A DNA stretch of 57,489 nucleotides, counting the filler, from Trypethelium eluteriae (taxonomy: Eukaryota): the NCBI GenBank assembly GCA_051942245.1. It is 2 parts of 2 records of this genome, joined end to end, with 100 filler letters (N's around TTAATTAATTAA, not from the genome) between each part and the next. Parts side by side here need not be neighbours in the genome. Positions count along the whole stretch, not along the records: positions 1 to 28,701 come from JAVECL010000304.1; 1 more part is not named here. One strand, written 5' to 3'. The notes below the pieces were generated by a model, which worked only from the letters and a program-made list of their open reading frames with translations, had not been told where the DNA came from and did not search any database. The translations under genes were made by a program, and so were the position numbers. Below, in pieces: positions 11,611 to 23,289 of this stretch. Positions within the stretch are counted from its first letter, which is position 1, and every line of letters begins with the position of its first letter.

Positions 11611-13103
11611 GTTGCAAAGTTAGAAGTCCCTATGAGTCCATAAAAGAGTTTAGTAGCTCTTTAAGGACTTTACTTATTTAGGGTGGGGACTTTTTTTTAA
11701 AGATAAGCTTCTAAGGATTTTGTTATTAATTTACTTTTAGCTTACTTTTAGTCTAACCTTAGTATTTAGGTATTAGTATTCTTGCTTTAACATTACTTGC
11801 TGCCTTTAATACTTTAAATTCTTTTATAAGGTCTAAATTTAGCAATTAATTAAGCGCTTATAAATATAACACAGCTTAGTTAATCTTTAACTACATTAAG
11901 GCATAAAAATTATGTTTTTTTTTCTGCATATAATATTACGCAGCTATAATGCTATTTTATTTATTATATTTAATAATATAAAGGTTAATTTAATTAAAGT
12001 ACTTATATATTGGTTATTGCCTTAATATATAGCATAATTATTTATTATTTAATAAAGTTATTTATTTTCTGTTTTATTAAATTCTTATTATATAATATAA
12101 CTTAAAACTTATAGCGCGGGTTAAGAATTCCACCCTTATAAAATAATTTATAATACAGCTTAATTAATAGCAGAAAAATAATATTAAAAATTTAAATAAG
12201 TAATTTTTAGCCTTACTTAATTAAAATAAAAAACTTAATAAGCAGGCAACTTAAGCTAATTTTATATATAAGGTTTATTTTCTTTATTAATCTAAATTAT
12301 AAAAATAAAATTATGCCCTAGGCTTTTGTAATATTAAAGGGAATAATTAAAGCTTTAATTAATAATATAATAATAGCAATTTTTTATATTTTTAGACATC
12401 CTTTTTATATAACTTGGATAAGGCATGTATAATTTAATAGCTACCAGCCTTTAATTAGGCCTAAATATTAAGGATTATTTATGTAAAATTTATGTTTTAT
12501 TTTATTCTAATTTTATTAAACTTTGCTTAAAATAAATAGGACAGATATACATATTAATAATTAGTAAAGTATATTTTATTAAGGAGGCAAAAGGGTGATT
12601 AAGATATAGTTTTAATATTTCCAGACCTTTAGCTTTATTTTAAATTTGCTTTTAATCTGCATAAATAATAATATCTTTCTACATATTAATAGCGCATTAC
12701 ATAAGAGCCCTGCATCCATTTAGCATAGCTATAATGCGCTAATACTTATGTGCAGCGTGAATAAAAAAGAGCGTTAGTAAGCTTAATTTACATTAGGGCT
12801 AAATATAAATAATTTTTAGCCACACGCTTAGACGTAATTATATATAAGTTAAGGGGGCGGCTTGGTTATTATTAGCACTAGTGATTAATGCAACTATTTT
12901 TTATATTACCATCTTATTGCAAAGTGCTTAATTAAGATTTAAAAGGATTATTATTAGAATGGCCTAAGTCTAATATAATAATCTTATAACACTAATGCTA
13001 TAGTATAAATAGCATAATAAAATTAGCATAAAACATAGCTATTATACTTTGGGTTAATAAGAATTGCTAATTAATAAAATTCTACCTTAATTAATTAATA
13101 ATT

Positions 13104-13739
13104 ATGCCAAGAACCTAATCCACCACATATTTAAATAATGTAACTTTTTTAAAACAGCAAGTTAAAAGTCTTAATAATATAATCCCTCTAAATATAGCAG
13201 CTATAATTGCATTCTTTTAGGTAAAAATTACTTAAATAAAAGAATAAGAGGCTGTAATGCTTAAGATCCTTAGCAATATAAACAGTTATTAAAAGCCACT
13301 CACATAATAGTTAAATTATGTATATAAAATATTAAAAGAACTTACACAGGTTAATAGGGAGATTTAAAGCTAGATTTATAAATTACAATCTTAATTAAGC
13401 AACTCTTAATAACTAATAGGAGTATTGGATAAGTGTGTTAAAAAAGTTAGCAATAAGGGATAAGTAAAGATAATAAATAGAAAAGATCCTAAGATTTATA
13501 ACTTGCGCATAAATATTAATTAAAAGGCGCAAATCTGGGAATTTAATCTAAAAAGCTTAGGTCAGTAATATAAAGCAAATTTGGCAAATACTAAAAAGGA
13601 AACACAAAATTGGATAAATAAGTCTAATTATAATATTGCAAAGTTTAAGAGGATAATAACTAAGTTAATTTTAAAGCTGTTTTAAGAAGTAGAGGGCATT
13701 AAAACTGCTATAGCAGTTAGCAATTAAGATAGGAGATAA
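13104..13739 (+). pseudogene. RIP relic of a coiled-coil protein
   Basis: One coherent frame from ATG 13104 (KELTQVNREI*S*IYKLQS*L...KAQIWEFNLKSLGQ*YKANLANTKKETQNW) with only TAA/TAG stops. Confidence 0.3.
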
Positions 13740-14399
13740 TTTATATAATATCCATACTTTATCTTATATACATATACTTATTTAATCTTTTAATAATAGT
13801 AATTATCTTTTTTTAGCATCCCTAATTATATAATAATTAATACTAAAGTTCTTCTAGTTGCTGAGTATAAATAAAGTCCGCGCTCCTAGCCCTCAGCAGC
13901 ATAAGAAGATACACGCAGGATTCTTTTTAAATAATAACTCCTGCCTTTTTATAAAAATATTTTTAGCGCTATGTGCTTTATTTTTGTCTTCCTGCTGCGG
14001 CATTATATTAACTTTAATTTAAGTGCCCTAACACCGCCACTATAAAGCTACATAGCATAGCTAGCAACTTAAATTAGTGAGATTCTATTAAAGTAAGGAA
14101 GATCTATATACATATAGCTATTATTATTATATTCTAATAGCAATGTATATAAATATGTGTTGTTGTTAGAGGCCTAACTAAAATTATACTAAGTATTAAG
14201 TTTTTAATATTCTAGATTGTACTAAAGGCTGTAATTCTTTAGCAAGCGCGCAAAGCTTTAATCTAAGGACTCTTCTTTACATAAAAAGGGACCCAAAAAT
14301 CTGTAAATTAGAGAGGGCAGAATTAGAGGATTGTGTTTAGGGAAGAGGGTAAATCTTAGAGCGCGTTTAGAATTATAATAACTTTTTTAATAACTTACA

Positions 14400-15463
14400 C
14401 ATTCCTACCAGTATAATGCTTTAATAAACTGGAGATAATTATAATAATAACTTATAGATTATAGCAATTAATATGGTAAAGTAATTAAATATAACTGCAA
14501 ATTAAGTATGGACCTAAAATTATCTTTAGTAATTAAAAATAAGATATTAAAATTAGAATTAAAACACTAATTAAGTGCTTTATATTCTTAATAATTACCT
14601 TTTTATAAATCTGTGTTAGGAATAAGTTTCCTGGCCTGCTTCTAAATAATTAATTAATTATTATAAGCATTTAAGGCACTAAAATGTGCTATAATAAACA
14701 CGCTAATAAAGCATTATACATAACTGGAATGGAAGAATAAAACTTTGGGTAGGATATTCTATAAAATATTAAAAATTAGAAGCCTTATAAGCCTCTCTCC
14801 TGCGGGTGTAATTACTTTACCTTAAGTAATATTAAATAGGCTAAAAATATAATAACTGCATTATATTAATAACATGTTATAAGCCCCAAAGAGAGTATAT
14901 TATAAGGTAATTATAATATTATTAAGGAAATCTAATAAGGTATTTATTTTATAAAGCTTTAATATAAAAGTCTGTATAAAAATCTTGTACTTATTATAAG
15001 CATTTTTATTAAGAAGTGCAGTATAAATTACATATTAAAGTTTACCATAAATATATAATATTTTGGTAACCCTTTTACTTAGTGGTCCCTAAAACCACTT
15101 TTTTATAATTTCTTAAGTAATATTATTGCGGGTAAGAGCTAAAATTATAATGTAAAGTAAGGAGGCTTATGCTGGAATAAGAATCTTAATTAGTGCATTT
15201 TATTATAAGCTCCTAAGAATAAAATACTTTAGGGTTAAATTACTATAAATAAAACCTCTAAAGGCTGCAAAACTATTAAGAATAAATTTGGGCTTTATAA
15301 ATACGCCTGCCAAAAATTTTATGGGTAATGCTTATTATTTATATAAACCTTATAGATAGTAATATATTCTTAATAGTGCTGCTGTAAAGCTCTTTACGTC
15401 CCTTAATAATAATAGTTTAAGGATTTAATAAAGTAGCTCTGTAAGAAGGCTTTTAATCAGCAT
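14400..15463 (-). pseudogene. RIP relic of a possible F-box protein (3' end approximate)
   Basis: ATG 15463 gives MLIKSLLTELLY*ILKLLLLRDVKSFTAA, which de-RIPs to an F-box pattern (SLPTELLHQILE.L.L.DV.SF). The frame continues for about 1 kb. Confidence 0.35.
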
Positions 15464-16279
15464 TATTGTATAAAAATTAGGAAGTACTTCTTTTTTATTT
15501 ATTACTTAATATAAAATGTATGCTTTTTAATAAATACTAACCTTTTATCTTACAGGCTTGTAGTGCTAGGTACGCGCTGCTTTTTAGTTTAACTGCACAG
15601 CTGCTTAGCTGCTTAATAAAGCGCGGTATAATAGCGCTTTATGCAATATCTTAAGAGTATAAAGGGGATTAGGCAGCAGGCGCTAATTAGGTCTTTATAA
15701 TTAGTTTGCCTACTCTTGCAGTCTAAATTACACTAACTATAGTAAATTAGCGGATTACTTTAATTAAGAAAGCTTAATTAAATATGGGTTTATAGCCTAA
15801 TACAGTAATTATTTAATATAACAGATTAATATTTTAGTCCTTATACATAGCAAATAATCTGTGGTAATAAGTTAATACATAATTAATAAAGCTTCTTATT
15901 AAGGTCTAATATTACAGAAGCTGTAAGCTATTAAAGTTAGCGGATAGTGCTAAAACTGTGCTAGCTGCTTTTAGATTAATGCTCTCCAAGCCAGATTAAT
16001 AAATACACGCTTTATTTATGCGCAAGAGGTAAGATGTAAGTGCCAAAAAGAGCCTAAATATATCAAAACTGCAGAGATCTTACGTTTGATATAACAAATT
16101 TTGGCTGAAATTAACGAGTTCTGGATAACATAAGCTTGTTATTTTCATACAGATTTGCATTAAATATAAAATTCGTTCGTTATATCGCATATTTCGCCAT
16201 AAAGAGTTACGTAATATCGGATAATTAGTGTACACCGAGCACCCTTTTGGGAATATGTGCCTCACTCACCTTTCCTCAG

Positions 16280-18045
16280 AATTTTAGCCTCAGCGGAGCG
16301 GATCATACAAAGGAAAACTCGATTGATTCGACCTATTGGAAGCGTCACAAGCCCGACGCCTGCAGCAGGCAGGAAACGCGCCCGGCACGTGAGCGTAGCC
16401 ACGTACGAGCACGCAGTCGTACTCCTGATTTGGACCTTAGACGATTGATCCTCTTTTAGGAGACAGTAGCGATCTGCTGCTATCGCCGCCGTTAACGCGT
16501 TAACCGACGCGTTGCTCTTGTTTACCTCAGAAATGGGACCAGTTCGAACATCAAAAAGAACTCAAAACCTGTTGACAAAGGTTATTAAGAATAGCCAGCT
16601 ATCTCATAATGCGCTCAACCTCTTAAATCTTGAATCTAAAGGAGCTAAAGGCCTCTGTACACAAATTTTCACCCTCATACACGCGCAAGTGCATAAATTA
16701 TGTTAGGAAACACGCCACTAGCTGCAAGAATAGGAAGAAAAATAGAATTAATACTGCAAAAAAATGCTAAAAAAGCAGAAAGCAATATTAATAGGGCGTT
16801 TTATGGGGCATATTATTTAGCTAAAAAAAGATGTTAAACACCTCAAAACCGCTTAAAGCCAGCCTTTAATTACGCCACCCCTCACACCGCCAGTCTTAAT
16901 AGAAGTATTGCCTTAGATATCCTATGCCTTAATTATGACAGCTACAGCTACACCAGCAGTATAATTAATAAGTTAATCCCAGCCCCATCCTTAACCACTA
17001 AGACTTAATCTAAACCTATCAGCAACCTTAATTAAGGTGTATACACTAAAGAATCTCTAGGAGATAATAAATAAATTGCTTAAGGGAGATCTTAATTATA
17101 TTCGGTACTAAAGAGTAGTATTAAAGAATAAAGAAAGAGTTAGCTTTTTTTTTAGGAATTAAGAGCAAGTATAAAGAGTTTAAGCACAGCAGCTATAAGC
17201 CTTAATAATAAAGTATGACTTAGCCCAAGCACAGCTAATAATATCTAAACACTTTAAGGTTAAGATTATAAGAATTAATAAGAACTTACTTAGATCACTA
17301 AAATAAGGCCAGAAAATTAATAATGCCTTTATTTAATAGATTAATTAGGAGAATGGAATATCTATTTAAATCACTTAATTTCTAAATCCGCACTCAGCTA
17401 GATTAAACACTTAAATTATAGCTACATGTAGCTCTGCAGAGGAAAGAAATAGTTTACTTACTACTAGTATACTCCCAATTAGAAATAGTAATATCACCTA
17501 TGTATAGCAGTTCCATAAATCCCGGGTAAAGGCCTATAGATATTGCGGAGAGTTTAATTACTTTATACAAAACTGTGCTAACAGACAGAAATGCCTACAA
17601 TGCACAGCTAATTATTCAGCCCTCACAGGTACCTACGACGCGCCACTAAGATGCTTTAACTACCTTAGGAACCACCATACCACAGATAAAAATTGCCCAC
17701 TTAGGCTGCGCAGAATACAATATGAATAAACACGAATAGGAGTAAGATAGTAGGATTTCTAATAGAGGGCTATTAGGCGAGGAGGCGGTGAGGGCAGTCC
17801 AATTCTGTGCCGGCAGCAAGAGCAGCATTACTTTAGAATATACCCTGGAGCTGTATATTCGCCACTTTCCTTTACCCTACCCTCAACACTACAAAAATCG
17901 GATAAATAAGACAAGACAATATGGATCGGCATCCTGTATATAACACACTTAACCCGGAACAACATTGTTCCACGTAGATTAGGATAGATCCCCACATGGG
18001 CCTGTAAAAGGTCTGAAAGGGTGTAGGAATAAAACAAACAAACAA
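16280..18045 (+). mobile_element. Non-autonomous LINE-like (Tad1-type) retroelement carrying ORF1 only
   Basis: Flanked by an exact 12-bp direct repeat ACCTTTCCTCAG (16268-16279 and 18046-18057). The 3' end is AATAAAACAAACAAACAAAC. It contains a gag-like ORF1 and has no room for an endonuclease/RT. Confidence 0.8.
16533..17750 (+). pseudogene. LINE ORF1 gag-like nucleic-acid-binding protein with three CCHC knuckles, RIP-damaged
   Basis: ATG 16533 (MGPVRTSKRTQ) is in frame with YRYCGEFNYFIQNC..QKCLQCTANYSALTGTY..RCFNYLRNHHTTDKNCP at about 17535-17700. These are three CCHC knuckles after reverting Y to C/H. Confidence 0.75.
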
Positions 18046-18159
18046 ACCTTTCCTCAGCCGTGCAACATGTTGTGCAACCGAGACTGCGGGTAGCTCCTCC
18101 CGCTTCATTTGAAACTACGACAAATTCAGAAAAGCGGGTTTGTCAAAAAAACTGCCACA

Positions 18160-21100
18160 ATGAGGCACAGCAATAGTCTGATGCGTCGCCCCGCTCGTAG
18201 CTTCTGAGTCACCGGAGCTTACTAGGATGCGATTGAGACCTACCATGTATGCTGAAGATCATGACCGCAATGAGCTGACAACACGCAGGCTCTAGATAGG
18301 TCCATGCTGTTTGTTTACGGCGTAGAAACTAAAGACCTAAATCATGCAATATTAATCACAGCAGCTTTTCTGATTATGGAGGCTAGCTAGCATACAAATA
18401 ATCTCAGCTAAGGCACATAACAATTTCCTGCTGCGGCGTGCTGCTTTATTATTAAAGTGGCATAATCCGGGATACAATCTCGGGCATTAATGCCCTCTGG
18501 CCTTTATCCTAAATTAGACTTCTTTACTAAAGCATCCTAACAAGAGAAACATGTACTTATATTAGCAGGGAAGGTGGCAGGGATGGAGATAGTAGGCATA
18601 GCACAAAGATAGGTGTATTGGGCAGCAAAGTGGGTGCTTTAAGACAAAAAGTGTTAAAAAAAATTAAATCTAGGGCTTATAATACTTTTGCTAAAAGAAC
18701 TTATAAAAATTAGGACTAATAATAAAAGAGGTAATTATACAGTGGGTTTATTAGCCAGCTTACCTACTTACTTATTATAATCTTTAGGTAGCATTAAGTC
18801 TGATGTTAAAAAAATTACTTTAAAATTAATTACAATAACCAATATTTTAGTTTAGCATAAGCAAATTATTATTAATATAAATATGCAATAGCTTTATAGC
18901 AGATTTTAAACGCAAATAAGGCTTAATAAATAAAGTATAAAAGTGCGCAGTTTAGACTCTACAAAAATCCTCCTCACAACCATAAATTATATTATTAATA
19001 TAAAGGGTTAAATATAAGGCATATAAGCTTTCTATCCTAATTATAAAGTGCTTAAAATTATAAAGCTGCTTACCTTATTATAGCTAATAACCCTTAATAG
19101 GATTAACCTAAAGCTTTTTTAATTGCGCAATTGGACCCATTAGGCATTTACATTAGCAGGCCTTATCTGGCAGCAAGATAGTAACTTTTATAAGCTTTTT
19201 TAAAAGAGAGACTAAGATAAAATCCTTAATATGGATTAAAGGGAGTATAATTTGCTTGCAGTGTGGGTTAGGAATCCGTAAAATAAGTGCTGTATTATAG
19301 AGCTCCTTATAGGCCTCTTTTAACACACTTTTACTTACAAGCAGGATCCCAGGCGTGGACTTTATAATCTAAGTGTGATAGCGGATGCTAAAAGATATTA
19401 AATCCCTGTATTGCTTAGTAATTCTCTCTAATTTGCGGAGAATTTCTTTACTGATACTTTTAAAGGAAAAGATGTGCTGATAAACTATTCAGTGTAGGCT
19501 CTTGTTAAGAATAAGGAAGCGAGACTGGGTGCGAGGGATAAAATGCGCGTAGACATTCATCTCATAAAATATAAGCTTGGTGTAAAAATTATAGGTGGTG
19601 ATTTCACGAGCAGTGTCTATATTGCAGCACTTACTTATGCGAAAATAAAAGTGCAAGTGGAATTGCTTTAGGAGCCTTGCAAATTCCTAAAAGGCCATTT
19701 TTTTAACTACCTAATTTACTTAAAAGCTGTCCAATGGAGTAAATATTTAGAGTTTACCTACTTTATAATCTAATAAAAAGTCTAAGAAATGCCTAATATT
19801 ATAACAAGAGAAGTTATAAAGAAAAATAAATAAATCTTTGGATAGCTATTCCTCTACGCCCTAGCGGAGCTGGAGTGCGTGTAACTAGCCATGCAATAAA
19901 GTTAAGTTAAATCTATTAAAGTTGCTTATAGGCAAATTATTATACTATTTATAAGCAGCACCTTATAAGGCGCTGGGTATTTTATTCTTTATTCCAGCTT
20001 AATTAAGCCTTCGCAGGTGTGAGGTAAAGTTATAAATTAAGCTAAATACTGGCATGCGGCCTTCAGCAGCTAGACCTTCCGCATTAGGGTTAAAGTAACC
20101 CAGTTCGCAAGAGGCTCCGGTTTTAATTATTTTAAAGCAATAAAGCAGGAAATTATGCCCTTAGACGGATGGACAAAAAAGTCTGTCACTGCTTAAAGAA
20201 GGTACACCTGCGCGGCGCTTTGCCTTGGAGAATTATTATTACTAATTACCCAGGGTGCAGCGTAGCCTCTCCACCCATGCTTAGGACATAAAGGCATAAT
20301 TGCTGATTTCCTTCCCCATAGGCAGCAGCCTATGCGGCTGGAAAGGGCTGGACCTTAAATTAGAGTCTTGCCTTTCCATCCATAAGCGTTAAAAGGCTTC
20401 CAGCTTTAAATAAGCGCTATAGGCTTTTTTAAGAACCCTGAGCATAAAAGCAAGGTCTATTTTTTTATTAATAATAAAAAAAATATTAAGGAGATAAAAA
20501 AATTAGCGAGGTAAAGTAAAAAATTATGTCAGCTCTTAAGAAACTAACATATTTAAATAAACACTGCTGGGGTAAAACTTCCCTGCTGCACTTAATTAAG
20601 AGCTAATACTCTGCTAGAAACTAATTATAAGTCTAAGTAGAAAAAGATTTAAAAAAAAAAAGGAAACCCAAAGGCCGCCCTAAATACCTAAAAAAATGCT
20701 AAGACTTATGCTAAGATTATTAAATTAAATATTAGGTTTATTTAAGGAGACCTTATAGTCTATACAATGCTATATTATAATAAACTTTTAGTACCCAAAA
20801 CCAAAGGTTTGGTTAAAGAACTTCTTAATTTTTATAGGTACAGCCTTTTTATTAAAAATAGCTAGCCAGTGGATTATAATATATTATGGGTAAAGAATAA
20901 AAATAACTAAAAGTAATAACTAAAGATTAAAAAAAAGGCATACCTTATTTTCTGGCTCCTAACACATCCTAATATTATCTCCAAAAATATTATGGATAAG
21001 TTTTATAAACTTATTTAAAAGTAAGAAAACTTAAACCAAAGTATTATATTATTATATCTGGAAACTAAAACAGTTTATTAGACTGCTTTAGAGAGTGTTA

Positions 21101-21475
21101 ATAAATTATAATAAAATATGCTAATTAAAGAAGAGGCAGCGCAAAAGCTGTGGATAAAAAAGTTAATTAGCTTCTATAATGCAGAAGGCTACCAAAACTT
21201 ATGGGACTTTTAACCTCGCCCTCTTTCTAAGGCTTATCTGTTGTTTATTACGCTGGTATTAAGAATATAGGATTTAGACTATTAATTATGCAGTATTATT
21301 AAGTAAGTAGCACAAGCTGCTGGTATGCGTCCAATATTTAATTTAAATACATAGATAGATTGTAACATTAAAATACGCACATACTGCGGTATAGGGTTGC
21401 TGGAATAAAAAACCAAGATGGCTTACAAGTGATTATTTTAGCATCTTTTACAAACAAAGAATAATAAGGAGATAA
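18160..21475 (+). pseudogene. RIP relic of a large (~1,080 codon) protein of unrecognised family
   Basis: ATG 18160, intron GTATGC..GCTGAC..CAG at 18247-18288, then one frame to about 20510 (e.g. AFTLAGLIWQQD, HTFTYKQDPRRGLYNLSVIADA, QFARGSGFNYF). A second intron is likely near 20512-20555. The last exon includes KKKRKPKGRPK. End approximate. Confidence 0.45.
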
Positions 21476-23289
21476 ACCGCAGCTGCATATTATCCTGTGC
21501 TGCTTTTTATCAAATAGCCTGCCCCCAGGTTTAATAAGACCCCCTTTAAACTACCCTTTATTATTCTATTAAGCTGACAGTCTGAACTGGTACATATTAT
21601 ATACAGCCTCCCTTTTACGCTACCACTTAGAATCACCAGTATTGCTTTAGCATTAGCAACTCGCCTTTATATAGGTATTAACCTTATAGGTTACTGCTAA
21701 ATCTTCCTTATAAGCTTTAACAGTTATATCCTGCTGCCGCCGCTCCTTTATCACCAGCTTGGCTCCTTTAATCTAAGCCCGGGCGCCCTTTATTACCTAA
21801 TTATAACTAAAAACTGCACCCTCCACAGAGATTTGATTATATATAATAGCATTATCCGTAATCTATATTAGTATAATAGCAGTACTAAAACCTAAGATTA
21901 CAGCAATTTAGTAATTAGTTTCTTCTGCATTAAGTGCACCAACTATCTATAAGCAATAAAAGAATATAAGGCTATTTGGTTTATTACAGAGTTATAAAGT
22001 GCGGAATAAATAATTAATATGATAAGGAATAGCGGATAGTAGGATTATCTCAAATATTAATAATTAATTAGAGCATAAGTTAAATACTACAAAGGAATTT
22101 TAATTGATAGATGTTTATTCTGTATCTTATTGTAGATAAAGATAGAAGGGGCGCGAGACGAAGATAACAAGAGTAGGCGCATAGTTCCAAAAGCCGGCAT
22201 TACCAAAACGCATAGGATAGGCGCCAGTTGTGCAAGTTGCGAGGACGTATGTGTGCTAACGTCCGTCCCTGCGTGGCGAATAACTACCCCGCCGTGCCGA
22301 AAAATGCCAGCGGTAAGTTACAGAGTCGCTCCTTAATGTTGCTTTTTATGTGATGTATTTAACAGCAAAGCATAGAAGGCATGTCTGTTTTATGCTTTAG
22401 CTAAGCTTAATACTTAATGTAAACCTTATAAGCCCTAAGATTAAAAATCCAATTTAATAATATCCGTCCCTGTGTTATAAATAACCCCCTAATATGGGAC
22501 AAATTATAAATACTTTAACTTTGCAATGCTCTTAAGCTTGCACTTATGTTTATATTTTTATACTATTATATATATTAATATAATAATTACTCCTAAGCTT
22601 TTATAACAGTTTATACCTTAATATTACATTTATGTTAGCGCTTAATTGCTTAATAAGTTTAAAACCTCCTTATGCTGTATAATTTTATTTTATGGATTAT
22701 AGTTTATTCCTAAGTTCTTATTATTTATAATATATTAGGTTAGTTATTGCTGAGTTTAGCAATCTTATTATTAATTATGTTATAAAATTAATAATAACCT
22801 TATAGCGATTATAAAAGGCAAATAAGTGCAACACTATTATGCAATTTAATACCTCCAATTTAATATAATTAATTTATTACTTTTTAATTAATAAGACGCA
22901 ACCCCGCATTTTTAATACAGCTATTATAATGTAATATACTTTATGCAGTTTATGCTAGTCTAATAAGATTATTTAGCTGTGGCTATGCAGGGCCTTTTAG
23001 CTATATTAATGGCGTGTATATAATATATTTACTATAATAATGCTTTTAATTTGCCGCCATAATTACTGCCTTGCTACCCTATATACTAGTATTATGTTAC
23101 ACCCATCCTTCCTTAGCAGTAGTATTAAAAATTAGCAGCATTACTTTTTTTTAATCCACATAATCCTATATTCCTGGTTTCCCATAAATACCTTAATTAT
23201 ATGCTTAATATTAATAAGTATAATAAGCGGCGTAAATAATATCTATTATATAAGCATATTTGCTAGCCTTGGTTATACAACATATTGCA

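Noticed and set aside
12100..12140. GILNPRYK on the minus strand, resembling the hAT transposase LDPRYK motif
   Set aside because: A single short motif in saturated RIP sequence with no other hAT motifs readable.
16085..16233. Possible pogo/Tc1-like terminal repeat (GATATAAC...GTTATATC, ending GTGTA)
   Set aside because: Only an 8-bp inverted match; no partner terminus or transposase found in the window.
21480..22140. Possible small minus-strand gene relic (GAKLVIKERRQQDITVKAYKEDL)
   Set aside because: Too degraded to define a start, exons or family.
16080..22320. TTAC-N7-A matches (a reported Starship target-site pattern) at 16080 (+) and about 22317 (-)
   Set aside because: Only five specified bases, so many chance hits are expected, and the two are inverted rather than direct repeats.
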